Source: Crocosphaera subtropica ATCC 51142
GTDB taxonomy: Bacteria > Cyanobacteriota > Cyanobacteriia > Cyanobacteriales > Microcystaceae
Direction: 5' to 3'
DNA: 32,000 nt
Assembly (NCBI RefSeq): GCF_000017845.1
Contig: NC_010546.1
Location: 1,230,001 to 1,262,000 of the forward strand
Part shown: piece after piece, positions 24,017 to 32,000 of the stretch
How positions within the stretch are numbered: position 1 is the stretch's first letter
Layout: every line of letters starts with the position of its first letter
Made by a program: the position numbers and the translations under genes
The notes under the pieces: model-generated
The model's input: the letters and a program-made list of their open reading frames with translations, nothing else
Databases searched by the model: none
What the model was told of the DNA's origin: nothing

Positions 24017-25633
24017 TCAATTAGTTGGTTGCAGAGCTTCGTTCAATTGCTCTTGGGTCAAAGACTGAATTAAATGAAGAGGGAGCGGATTTTGTCCCAT
24101 TTGCTGGACAGCAGTATCTGTTAAATAAGGCTCAAATTCCTGTTGTTGATTTAAGTAAAGATTGAAAAAAGCTAAGCTCAGACTTTTGAGATAAGAATAA
24201 GCTAAATCTCTTCCTTCTCCGACAATAAAATCAGGTAAATTATCTCCCCCTGTCAAAAAAGATAAATGAGTTCCATTTTTAACTAAAATTAAATATTTAT
24301 CTTCTTTTTCAACATCAGCAAAAGGAGAAATTTGTTCAGGTAAAGGAGGGGCAAAAATATCTGAACTTCCGGCAATAAACATCATAGGAACTGAGATATT
24401 ATTAATACCTTGATTACCAAAAGCGGGATTAGTAACAGGATTAATTGCAATAACAGCTTTGATTCTTGGATCTTCAAGTTCAGGTAAAGGAGGAGCATTT
24501 GTTATTCCTTGACATTGCCAAAGTAAGGCTGGATTTAAGTTAATTACGTCAGGATTATCTAACTTAGCACATTCTTGTTTTAAATACTCCCATCGTACAT
24601 CGGCACCACCTGTTGCTGTTGCTGTATATCCTCCTAAAGATTGACCCAAAATACCGACATTTTTTAAGTTTAATTGACCTTGAAAAGTTGGATCGGATTG
24701 TTCTTTTTCTTCTAAGGTATCTAAAGCGAGAGTAACATCTTTGGGTTGATCCATCCAAGCATTAGGATTAGGAAAAGTATCTAACCCTTGTAAAGCATCT
24801 TTCATTCTTTGGGCATCACTTTCAGGAAAGTTAATTCCTACAGTAGCAAAGCCATGAGAAGCCAAATGTTCGGCTACATAACGTAAACCTTGAAAATCAG
24901 AATTTAAGCCAGGAGTAATAACAATTGTGGGCGCAGGTTTAGACAAGTTTTGAGGTAAATAAACAAAGATAGTTAAGGGATCTTCATTAGGGCGAGGAAT
25001 GGTTATTGTTTCCGAAGTCCAAATGATTTGTCCAGCTTTAGATAAGTCAGATAAGTTAACAGAAGAAGCAGTTGATGCTTCTGTTTCAGTTTGACTATTT
25101 AACCAATTAAAAATACGCTCTGTTGATTGATATAAGTGATCAGCTTCATTAATCGTATTACGAATCGTTTCTAAATTAACAGCTAAGGTTGAACTATCAT
25201 AATTTTTAATAACATCAATAATTTTCAATCCATCTGGATTGGCAGCTGCGAGTAAAATAGCTCCCTGTAAAAAGGGTTGACTCTGATCTGAAGGGGCATT
25301 AATTGCTCGACTCAATTGCTTGACAATTTCTTTGCCGAAATTGGTGTTGAAAAACTCGAAAGCTTCTACTTCATTAACTGGGAAAGATTTATTGAGTAAA
25401 GCCCTGAATTTTGTCAATTCTTCAGGGGTGAAATGCTTAGTATAGAAAGCAAAGTCAGGTGTTATTGTTCCATCTTTAGCAAAAACCCCTAAACTGTCCA
25501 CAGAAACATCAAATTCTCCTAATGGGGCAATAGAAAATGTGATTTTTTCTGCTGCAAAAATTGGGAAAGATGGCAACAGTGATAGTATTCCTAGTCCTAA
25601 AGTTAATCCGAATCTTTGAGTTAAATTAATCAT
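24017..25633 (-). CDS. Secreted alpha/beta hydrolase with an N-terminal DUF1400-like domain
   Basis: 538 aa. Signal peptide, N-terminal region (ITFSIAPLGEFDVSVDSLGVFAKDG...FYTKHFTPEEL) like cyanobacterial DUF1400, and the nucleophile elbow GQSLGG in the C-terminal hydrolase domain. Confidence 0.7.
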   Translation of the reverse strand: MINLTQRFGLTLGLGILSLLPSFPIFAAEKITFSIAPLGEFDVSVDSLGVFAKDGTITPDFAFYTKHFTPEELTKFRALLNKSFPVNEVEAFEFFNTNFGKEIVKQLSRAINAPSDQSQPFLQGAILLAAANPDGLKIIDVIKNYDSSTLAVNLETIRNTINEADHLYQSTERIFNWLNSQTETEASTASSVNLSDLSKAGQIIWTSETITIPRPNEDPLTIFVYLPQNLSKPAPTIVITPGLNSDFQGLRYVAEHLASHGFATVGINFPESDAQRMKDALQGLDTFPNPNAWMDQPKDVTLALDTLEEKEQSDPTFQGQLNLKNVGILGQSLGGYTATATGGADVRWEYLKQECAKLDNPDVINLNPALLWQCQGITNAPPLPELEDPRIKAVIAINPVTNPAFGNQGINNISVPMMFIAGSSDIFAPPLPEQISPFADVEKEDKYLILVKNGTHLSFLTGGDNLPDFIVGEGRDLAYSYLKSLSLAFFNLYLNQQQEFEPYLTDTAVQQMGQNPLPLHLIQSLTQEQLNEALQPTN

Positions 25634-25669
25634 GTTAATATTGCTAAATCGTAAAAGATTAATAATTAA

Positions 25670-25705
25670 AGTGAGTTTAAGCTTAGAAAGCTAGTTAAAC
25701 TCACT
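25670..25705 (-). terminator. Hairpin with perfect 11-bp arms AGTGAGTTTAA (25670-80) / TTAAACTCACT (25695-705) downstream of the Gly-rich gene; candidate intrinsic terminator
   Basis: Read directly from the sequence. On the minus strand the stem is followed by a T-rich run (TTAATTATTAATCTTTT). Confidence 0.5.
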
Positions 25706-25737
25706 TGGTTGCGAAGATTTATTAAATACAAAAAAGA

Positions 25738-26397
25738 TTACGGAGCAGGAACGACACGATAGTAAACTCCATTAGCCCCGGCTGCTGGACTAAACCAAGT
25801 TCCGTTGCAATTATAAAAATTTCCTCCATCAGATTGACTAGAAACACATCCTGACGGAAGACTGGGATAGATAGCCCCTACAGTATAAGCACTTCCAGAT
25901 GTCTCTTCGGGTGCAGAATTATTGGTTGCTGTGGCACTAGCTGCTCCGATCGCTGCTCCTGCTGCTGCTGCCCCGGCAGCAGCCCAACCACCGCAATTAT
26001 AACAATCAGAGCCGTAGTGATTGACCACAGCAGGGGGATGATAAGTAGAGTAGGTTCCACCATGATAATCGCCATACCCAACGCCCCCGTTAACAGTGGT
26101 TCCATAAGGACTCGTAGCACGCCAAGAACCACCGCCCCCTGAGGCTGTACCACCCCTAGCTCCGGTACCACTCCAAGAGCCATCACCCCCTGAAGCGGTG
26201 CCACCCCTAGCTCCGGTACCACTCCAGGAACCACCGCCCCCTGAAGCGGTGCCACCTCGAAATCCAGTACCACTCCAAGACCCACCGCCTCCTGAGACTC
26301 TACCCCCTCTAGCTCCTGCGTGGAAGAAAGCAGCAGAGGGATCGCAAGTAAGAGTCATAGAAAGAAGCGTAATCAAGCTAATCACTAAGGTTTTCAT
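25738..26397 (-). CDS. Secreted glycine-rich protein: four 17-aa tandem repeats (G-A/F-R-G-G-T-A-S-G-G-G-G-S-W-S-G-T), an Ala/Gly linker, and a C-terminal Cys-containing module ending YYRVVPAP
   Basis: 219 aa with an N-terminal signal peptide (MKTLVISLITLLSMTLT). The repeat is visible in both protein and DNA. I cannot name a family with confidence. Confidence 0.7.
   Translation of the reverse strand: MKTLVISLITLLSMTLTCDPSAAFFHAGARGGRVSGGGGSWSGTGFRGGTASGGGGSWSGTGARGGTASGGDGSWSGTGARGGTASGGGGSWRATSPYGTTVNGGVGYGDYHGGTYSTYHPPAVVNHYGSDCYNCGGWAAAGAAAAGAAIGAASATATNNSAPEETSGSAYTVGAIYPSLPSGCVSSQSDGGNFYNCNGTWFSPAAGANGVYYRVVPAP
26122..26320. repeat. Four tandem 51-nt units (starting 26122, 26173, 26224 and 26275) inside the Gly-rich gene
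   Basis: The plus-strand units each begin CCA(A/G)GA and end GTACCACT. Units 1-3 are highly similar; unit 4 degenerates at its end. Confidence 0.85.
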
Positions 26398-26408
26398 TAT
26401 TAATTCTC

Positions 26409-27212
26409 CTATTCAGATTGAGTTGGTGATGTTGTATCCGTGGAAGTAGAATTTGGGGGTTCAGGGGGTGCAAAAGGAATGGTGGTAGCCTTTTTTGCTT
26501 CGGAAGAGGTAAAATCCCCCGCAGAAACCGGAATATCTAGCTGCCAATCAGAAAACTCCACTTGATGCCGTAGTCTTGAAGGATCATCTCGATAGACGGC
26601 CCGAATCATGCGAGGTAGCTTATCTTCAGCCCCAATCCAAATTTGGGCAAAAATAGTGTCATTGGCCACCGCGACAATATCCGTTGTGGTTCCCCCCACC
26701 ACGCTAGATTGACCTACAACAAAGGCAATTTGTAGTCCTTCTCTGATATCTTGATAGGGATTGCTAACAATGACATCAGTGAAAGGAAAATAGATGGCCG
26801 CAGAATCATAGGCTAATTTTAAGGCAGCATCAAGGGTTGCTGGCGCATCAGCCACCGCCACCAGATTTTCAGCAGGAGAGTAGGCAGTGATTGTCTGACC
26901 ATCGTAATAAAATTCGTTAGCTGGCCCATCTCCAGGGGTAATCACTTTTAATTGATTGGGTCGTTGTAAGGTAACTTCTGAAATCGTGGTGTAAACCAGA
27001 GGAGGGCCAAGGCGACTGGGACTTTCGTAGGTGCTGACGGCAGTAAAAGTCATTGAATCGGTAGCCGTTAGGCGATCACTCATGGACTTGATTAAGGCGA
27101 TCGCTTGAGGTTCAATTTCACTCTTTGTTTGGGCGGTTATTCTCTGGGGAATAGCCAGTAAACTAACACTGACTAAGGAGAAAAGAAGAGATTTTTTCCA
27201 TAAACTAGACAT
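26409..27212 (-). CDS. DUF2092-family periplasmic protein (LolA-like fold)
   Basis: 267 aa. Signal peptide, and a pattern (...RPNQLKV...EFYYDGQTITAYSP.ENLVA...FPFTDVI.SNPY...QIWIGAEDKLP..I...Y) matching my recollection of DUF2092. Ser/Thr/Pro tail. Confidence 0.65.
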   Translation of the reverse strand: MSSLWKKSLLFSLVSVSLLAIPQRITAQTKSEIEPQAIALIKSMSDRLTATDSMTFTAVSTYESPSRLGPPLVYTTISEVTLQRPNQLKVITPGDGPANEFYYDGQTITAYSPAENLVAVADAPATLDAALKLAYDSAAIYFPFTDVIVSNPYQDIREGLQIAFVVGQSSVVGGTTTDIVAVANDTIFAQIWIGAEDKLPRMIRAVYRDDPSRLRHQVEFSDWQLDIPVSAGDFTSSEAKKATTIPFAPPEPPNSTSTDTTSPTQSE

Positions 27213-27268
27213 CTTGTTACAATCTCCTGAGACTTGTTTTTTGTGAAATGAATAGTCAGTAGGGACGA

Positions 27269-28600
27269 TTAGGAAACACCCTTAACTGGGGGAGGGGACC
27301 AGATTTTCTCTAAGACGGGTGCTTTAGGGGAATATAACCTCATAATGAGATTGAAATGATCTGACGGTGAGGGCAACCAGTTCCCTTCCTTATTTTCTCC
27401 AGGAGACTCATGGGAGATGAAAATATCGAGAGAACCATCGTCATTAAAGTTCAAATTATCGCGATCGCCGATGGCATAACGGTTAAGAGGATTATCGACA
27501 AAAAATTGTTGGTTATTGTACATCGTAATCGACCAAAAGGCATTAACAGGGGGGATTTCTTCTGATTCAAAATGAATGACATAATCATGTTCCCCACTCA
27601 AGGGGTTGCCCTCCTTGTCAACTCGTGTCAAGGGATAGATGGCATCTTCAGGCAAATTTGCTCCTAACCCAACCCAGGCGACTCCTGCACGGTGTAAATA
27701 GTCTGTTCCGTAGCTTCCCAAGTCATAGGTCATTAACCAGTTATTTTTGACCTCTGCTTTAGGGGTTTGGCCGGCTTTGACCACTTGTTCATGGGCAACA
27801 GAAATACTACGCTCAAGTCCTTTGATGATTACGGGATCAAGTGCTTTTAAATCAAAGTTTTCATCGGGGATTAAACCAATTTCTGCCAATTTTTTCCCTA
27901 TTTCTTGGTCCTTAAGGGCAGGAGGATTCGCTGTCATCAACCTACACATTCGAGTGAAAAAAGAAGCCGCATCGAGGTTTTTGACCTGTTCAACGGGGGG
28001 AGTTTGGGTATCAATTCCGTCCGTAACCGGGACATGGGTGGGCGGTTGATAAGATTTCTCCCATTGACTCAACGGGGTTAGCTGATATAGGTCTTGGATG
28101 GCGTGAACTGCTTCATAATCGGCTTTTCCGTTCGTCTGTGTTCGTCCAATAATCCAAACCATGGAGGTTGGTGACTGAATTTTCTGTACTCCTTCAGGAA
28201 GTTCTCCCGTCCAATTGGGCGGTAAAATGGCAAAATCCCCTTTTTTTGTGCCTGTCGTCCGTTTACCGGGGGAAGCAAAAATATTTGTCCAAGCGTCTAG
28301 CATGGGCATTAAATAGTAACGTCCTCCTGTATCGGGAACACTCAAAATGATGGGTTCAGCCGAAAGATCAAGCCAAGCAGAGGAATATAACGTATCGGCA
28401 TTGGGACTCACCACTGCTGTAAAGGAAGCATCAGGAAAGGCTTTTAAGTGGGCAAATTGGTTAATCGGGGCTTTAAATCCTTGGGAGGAAGAGACGGCCG
28501 TTGTGATTGCTTGGGTAATATCCATTAAAATTAAAGGATAACCGAAGATATAGGCTTCAACGCCTAAGTTAAAAGCTTGTTCTTCTGATAAAGGGGTCAT
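27269..28600 (-). CDS. DUF1254 + DUF1214 two-domain protein
   Basis: 443 aa. N-terminal GVEAYIFGYPLILMD (DUF1254 hallmark) and C-terminal NAFWSITMYN...NRYAIGDRD...DGSLDIFISH..P...NWLPSP...F.LIMRLYSP (DUF1214 hallmark). The ORF as called has no signal peptide. Confidence 0.8.
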   Translation of the reverse strand: MTPLSEEQAFNLGVEAYIFGYPLILMDITQAITTAVSSSQGFKAPINQFAHLKAFPDASFTAVVSPNADTLYSSAWLDLSAEPIILSVPDTGGRYYLMPMLDAWTNIFASPGKRTTGTKKGDFAILPPNWTGELPEGVQKIQSPTSMVWIIGRTQTNGKADYEAVHAIQDLYQLTPLSQWEKSYQPPTHVPVTDGIDTQTPPVEQVKNLDAASFFTRMCRLMTANPPALKDQEIGKKLAEIGLIPDENFDLKALDPVIIKGLERSISVAHEQVVKAGQTPKAEVKNNWLMTYDLGSYGTDYLHRAGVAWVGLGANLPEDAIYPLTRVDKEGNPLSGEHDYVIHFESEEIPPVNAFWSITMYNNQQFFVDNPLNRYAIGDRDNLNFNDDGSLDIFISHESPGENKEGNWLPSPSDHFNLIMRLYSPKAPVLEKIWSPPPVKGVS

Positions 28601-28757
28601 GGTTATAAAACCTCAGGTTTTTGATTAAAAAGAAAAATTGGCTGTTAATAAGAAGCAAATCAGGTTAAAAATTGAGGGATTTAACAACAACTCCGATAAA
28701 ACTGACGAAACCAATAATTAACAAATTAGAAATAACAGAATATTTTGGCTGTTTTAC

Positions 28758-31112
28758 CTACTGTCGGGCCATAATTGTCCGCATTTCTGCTTCATGGTCA
28801 TGAATTAAATCGCCACTGACATCCACAACAACAGTATAAATTTTACCCGTAAACTTAAACGGCGGTTCATAATCAGGAGTGACAGGAGAACCAGGGGCAA
28901 AACCACAGGTTAAACCGCTACTTACTCCTATATTGAGAGGAATGGTTACCGAAACGTCCGTTTGTCCGACTAATTTTTCGTCAATATACAATTGAGCGCG
29001 ACCTGGCGCACCTTTTCCTGTGGCGAGATCCACTTGGCCAGTGGGTTCAAACTCAAAGCGTAACTGATGACGACCTTCTGGGATCGATTCCTTTGATTGA
29101 AGATGATAGAGCGATCGCGCTAAATAATTATGAACCCAGTGCAGTTTGCCCCCTTTGACATAGAAAGCATACCCCCCATCATTACCTCCATGAGCGAGTA
29201 AAACCCCTTCTGCGCCCCCTTGAGGAATCTCCACATCGGCCGTGATACTATGGAGACGATTTAGCACTCTGACGGCACTATTTGAGGGAATTTCTTGAGT
29301 GTTAGGATAGTAAGTATAGCGAGTTCGAGCCTCCGCAATTTGAGGTCGTTCTTCTGCAAGACGCTGTACACCACGGCCATCAACGGGTAACACATTATAT
29401 TTGCCGGCTTCTACATACCAAGTTGCCACCATTTCGATGAGTTTTGCCCGATTATCTGCTGCAATATTGTGATTTTCGGCAAAATCTTCAGCAATGTGAT
29501 ACAGTTCCCAGTGATGGGCATCCAGTTCGGTTAGGGTATCTTTAGCAATAGGAACGCCAAAGGGTTTCCCTGCTTCGGTGAAAGAAGGACCGGGCCAAGG
29601 ACACACAGCACGCCAACCGTCATAATAGAGGGAACGATGCCCCATCATCTCAAAATATTGGGTAATATGCTTACTTGGTGCTTCGGCATTATCTAAGGTA
29701 TGGGCAAAACTCACCCCTTCAATGGGGGATTGTGTCACCCCTCTAATGGTGGTTGGGGGGTCAATTTCCAGTAATTCCAGCACCGTTGGCACTAAATCAA
29801 TGGCATGGGCGTACTGGGTCCGAATTTCGCCCTTTGCCTTAATCCCTTGGGGCCAATGCACAATTAAGGGATCGCTAATACCCCCTCGGTAGGTTTCTCG
29901 TTTCCAACGTCGGAAAGGGGTATTACCTGCCCAAGTCCAACCCCAAGGATAATGATTAAACGTTTCGGGTCCTCCGAGTTTGTCAATTTCTTTGAGATTA
30001 TCTTCGAGGGTTTCAGGGACATTATTAAAAAAGAGGGTTTCGTTGATCGAGCCTTGCAGTCCCCCTTCTGCACTCGCTCCATTATCGGAAATGACCATAA
30101 TAATCGTATTCTCAAATTCCCCAATATTTTTGAGAAAATCCAATAAACGACCGATATGATAATCTGTATGGGTGAAAAATCCCGCAAAAACCTCCATCAT
30201 GCGAGCATAAAGCCTTTTTTCATCGGCTGAGAGGGAATCCCAGTGAGGAACATCGGGATCATGACGAGACAGTTCAGCATTTTGGGGAACAATGCCCATT
30301 TCTTTCTGACGGGCAAATACTTTCTCTCGGTACGCTTCCCAACCGTCATCAAATTGTCCGGCGTAAGCGTCTGCCCACTCTTTGGGGACATGATGGGGGG
30401 CGTGCATCGCACCAGGACAAAAATACATGAAAAAGGGCTTATCGGGGGCAATTTGTTTAGAATCAGCAATAAAGCTTATGGCTTTGTCCGCAATATCTGC
30501 GTTAAAGTGATAACCTTCTTCTGGTGTTTTGTCAGGATGGACTTGGTGGTTATCATAGACGAGAGCGGGGTAGTATTGATGGGTATCTCCCCCTAAAAAG
30601 CCGTAATATCGCTCAAAACCCCGTCCCAACGGCCAGCGATCGTAGGGACCGGCGGCCGACAGTTGATCGGCAGGGGTTAAATGCCATTTGCCGATCGCAT
30701 AGGTATTATAACCTTTTTGTAGCAATATTTCTGATAAAAAGCCATTTTCAAAGGGAATGTTGCCATTACTGCCTGGATAGCCCGTTGAACCTTCTGTAAT
30801 GCAGGCCATAGCGTTGGAATGGTGATTACGTCCCGTCATAATACAGGAACGAGAGGGAGAACATAAGGCTGTCGTATGTAGATTGTTATAACGCAAACCA
30901 TTAGCAGCTAAGGCATCTAAATTAGGGGTTTTTATGGGACTTCCATAACACCCAAATTGTCCAAATCCAGTATCATCGAGGACAATAAACAAAACGTTGG
31001 GGGTGCCTTTTTTTGCCCGTAATGGTTCTGGCCAAGCAGGGCTAGATTGATCTACAGTTCGTCCGATAACCCCAGAAAAAGCGGTTCCAGGTTTATATTC
31101 TTGCAAAGCCAT
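28758..31112 (-). CDS. Large Cys-type arylsulfatase (about 780-aa class)
   Basis: 784 aa. Formylglycine motif LCSPSRSCIMTGRNHH (CxPxR), metal-binding LFIVLDDTGFG, and GKWHL. No obvious signal peptide. Confidence 0.9.
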   Translation of the reverse strand: MALQEYKPGTAFSGVIGRTVDQSSPAWPEPLRAKKGTPNVLFIVLDDTGFGQFGCYGSPIKTPNLDALAANGLRYNNLHTTALCSPSRSCIMTGRNHHSNAMACITEGSTGYPGSNGNIPFENGFLSEILLQKGYNTYAIGKWHLTPADQLSAAGPYDRWPLGRGFERYYGFLGGDTHQYYPALVYDNHQVHPDKTPEEGYHFNADIADKAISFIADSKQIAPDKPFFMYFCPGAMHAPHHVPKEWADAYAGQFDDGWEAYREKVFARQKEMGIVPQNAELSRHDPDVPHWDSLSADEKRLYARMMEVFAGFFTHTDYHIGRLLDFLKNIGEFENTIIMVISDNGASAEGGLQGSINETLFFNNVPETLEDNLKEIDKLGGPETFNHYPWGWTWAGNTPFRRWKRETYRGGISDPLIVHWPQGIKAKGEIRTQYAHAIDLVPTVLELLEIDPPTTIRGVTQSPIEGVSFAHTLDNAEAPSKHITQYFEMMGHRSLYYDGWRAVCPWPGPSFTEAGKPFGVPIAKDTLTELDAHHWELYHIAEDFAENHNIAADNRAKLIEMVATWYVEAGKYNVLPVDGRGVQRLAEERPQIAEARTRYTYYPNTQEIPSNSAVRVLNRLHSITADVEIPQGGAEGVLLAHGGNDGGYAFYVKGGKLHWVHNYLARSLYHLQSKESIPEGRHQLRFEFEPTGQVDLATGKGAPGRAQLYIDEKLVGQTDVSVTIPLNIGVSSGLTCGFAPGSPVTPDYEPPFKFTGKIYTVVVDVSGDLIHDHEAEMRTIMARQ

Positions 31113-31126
31113 ACATTTAACCTCAT

Positions 31127-31669
31127 TTAAGATTTTTCACTAGGAATTGTTGAATTTTTGCCTCTCAACTGAGAGGGAGCAAAGAAAAATTCATGAACAT
31201 TTTCTTTTCCAAAATAAATTTCAAGTTCTTTTAAAATATTGTGTATAAAAAAAACAATTGATATGCACAATGTGACGGCTAAAACTTGATAGATATTTTC
31301 TGAAACGAGAAAACTTTTAAAAGCAGGAATAAGGGATTTAGTTTGATGATAAGCATGAAGCAAATGTTCCATTATTCCCAGTATCAAAACGGCTACAGTA
31401 TAAATAAAGGTTTTATACAAAATGCTGAGATAACGAGGACTTTCCTCAAACCGATTCATCCAAGGGGTTGCATCCATAATGGCTACGGCCTTAGCCGCCA
31501 CTAATGCTCCTATAATGGCTTTTGAAAGAACATAAGTGTCAATGGAATATTCTTTTAAAAATAGCTTCATAATTAAAAGAATGTAACCAAATCCCAATAG
31601 AAAAAATAGGGCTAAAGAGCCGATTTTTCTGATTTCGCGCTGAAGTGCTTGCATAATAGACATCTCCAT
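31127..31669 (-). CDS. Hypothetical integral membrane protein (about 4 helices)
   Basis: 180-aa ORF ending 14 nt upstream of the sulfatase start. Four hydrophobic segments, very AT-rich, no recognised family. Confidence 0.45.
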   Translation of the reverse strand: MEMSIMQALQREIRKIGSLALFFLLGFGYILLIMKLFLKEYSIDTYVLSKAIIGALVAAKAVAIMDATPWMNRFEESPRYLSILYKTFIYTVAVLILGIMEHLLHAYHQTKSLIPAFKSFLVSENIYQVLAVTLCISIVFFIHNILKELEIYFGKENVHEFFFAPSQLRGKNSTIPSEKS

Positions 31670-31711
31670 AATTTAATAAAATCAAGAAATATAGTATAAT
31701 AAAATGAATAA

Positions 31712-32000
31712 TTAGTTCAAAAAAGAAGAGAATTAACTGAAGCTCAAATAAAAGAAAATAAAGCTTTATCATCTAATCGGATTTTTGTTGAGCATTTAAT
31801 TCGAGTTGTCAAAGTATTTAAAGTAGTTCAAGAAAGATTTCGCTTACATAAGAGTCGATATAAATCGGTTTTGTTAACCGTTTGTGGATTAGTTCGGTTG
31901 AGAATTAGTTCCTTGATTTTGAAAATAATAGAATCCTCCCAATCTGGAGAGGTAATTGACGTTATAATGAGCCATAGTTTTATGTCCAAATTAGAGTTAA
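31712..32000 (+). pseudogene. 3' fragment of a DDE transposase gene (IS5/DDE_Tnp_4-like C-terminus); no start codon or N-terminal catalytic region present
   Basis: The frame is open from 31712 to the window end: ...RRELTEAQIKENKALSSNRIFVEHLIRVVKVFKVVQERFRLHKSRYKSVLLTVCGLVRLRI... This fits the N..ls..R..VEh.i..lK.f pattern that follows the last catalytic residue in these transposases. The upstream frame is closed by TAA at 31709-31711. Confidence 0.5.

Noticed and set aside
25878-26449. ORFs 25878-26285 (-, 135 aa) and 26198-26449 (+, 83 aa) overlapping the Gly-rich gene
   Set aside because: These are alternative-frame or antisense readings of the 51-nt GC-rich tandem repeat, which lacks stop codons in several frames. 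The frame with a signal peptide and a coherent C-terminal domain is the credible one.
27747-28541. ORFs 27747-28049, 28078-28278, 28168-28350 and 28347-28541 within the DUF1254/DUF1214 gene
   Set aside because: These are shadow or alternate-frame ORFs inside a well-supported 443-aa coding region.
29864-30799. Five overlapping 64-117-aa ORFs on both strands inside the sulfatase gene
   Set aside because: They are fully embedded in a 784-aa ORF with unmistakable sulfatase motifs. They have no recognisable domains and are typical shadow ORFs.
31539-31772. 77-aa ORF (-) overlapping the start of the membrane-protein gene
   Set aside because: It is an extremely AT-rich Phe/Ile/Leu-rich reading that overlaps both the 31127-31669 ORF and the transposase remnant frame. 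Likely spurious.
1-32000. tRNA, rRNA, tmRNA or RNase P genes
   Set aside because: Visual scanning of the intergenic regions showed no cloverleaf-compatible segment (no GTTCGAATC-type T-arm) and no rRNA-like conserved blocks. tRNAscan-SE and cmscan should be run to confirm.

Overview
This looks like a cyanobacterial chromosome segment. The HIP1 octamer GCGATCGC recurs throughout (e.g. 1413-1420, 2340-2347, 3053-3060, 3456-3463), the background is AT-rich, and the gene content is typically cyanobacterial (PetP-like, GUN4-domain kinase, mntCAB, Uma2, DUF1400 hydrolase). The lineage guess (unicellular Cyanothece/Crocosphaera-like) is inference only. I support about 27 protein-coding genes and see no rRNA, tRNA or CRISPR array. 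From left to right: (i) a McrBC-type restriction locus cut by the window edge, with an antitoxin-like gene and a PIN-nuclease gene wedged between mcrB and mcrC. (ii) Ordinary chromosomal genes: ArsA/Get3-like ATPase, PetP-like protein, Wzm/Wzt ABC exporter plus an SDR epimerase, topA, Uma2 nuclease, Ser/Thr kinase-GUN4 fusion, TPR protein, mntCAB, GGDEF-EAL protein, SDR, LptF/G permease, ClcA and a K+ channel. (iii) A minus-strand cluster at the right end: membrane protein, large Cys-type sulfatase, DUF1254/DUF1214 protein, DUF2092 protein and a secreted Gly-rich tandem-repeat protein, flanked by a transposase remnant. Several intergenic regions carry small MITE-like inverted-repeat elements that share sequence with each other. 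There are also a palindrome family, a phased 11-bp repeat array upstream of mntC, and a repeat-spacer-like trio downstream of the LptF/G gene. I do not see a clear-cut new multi-gene system. The two best candidates are the four-gene mcrB / antitoxin / PIN / mcrC arrangement and the sulfatase-DUF cluster. Both are inferences from reading the translations and need HMM and synteny checks.
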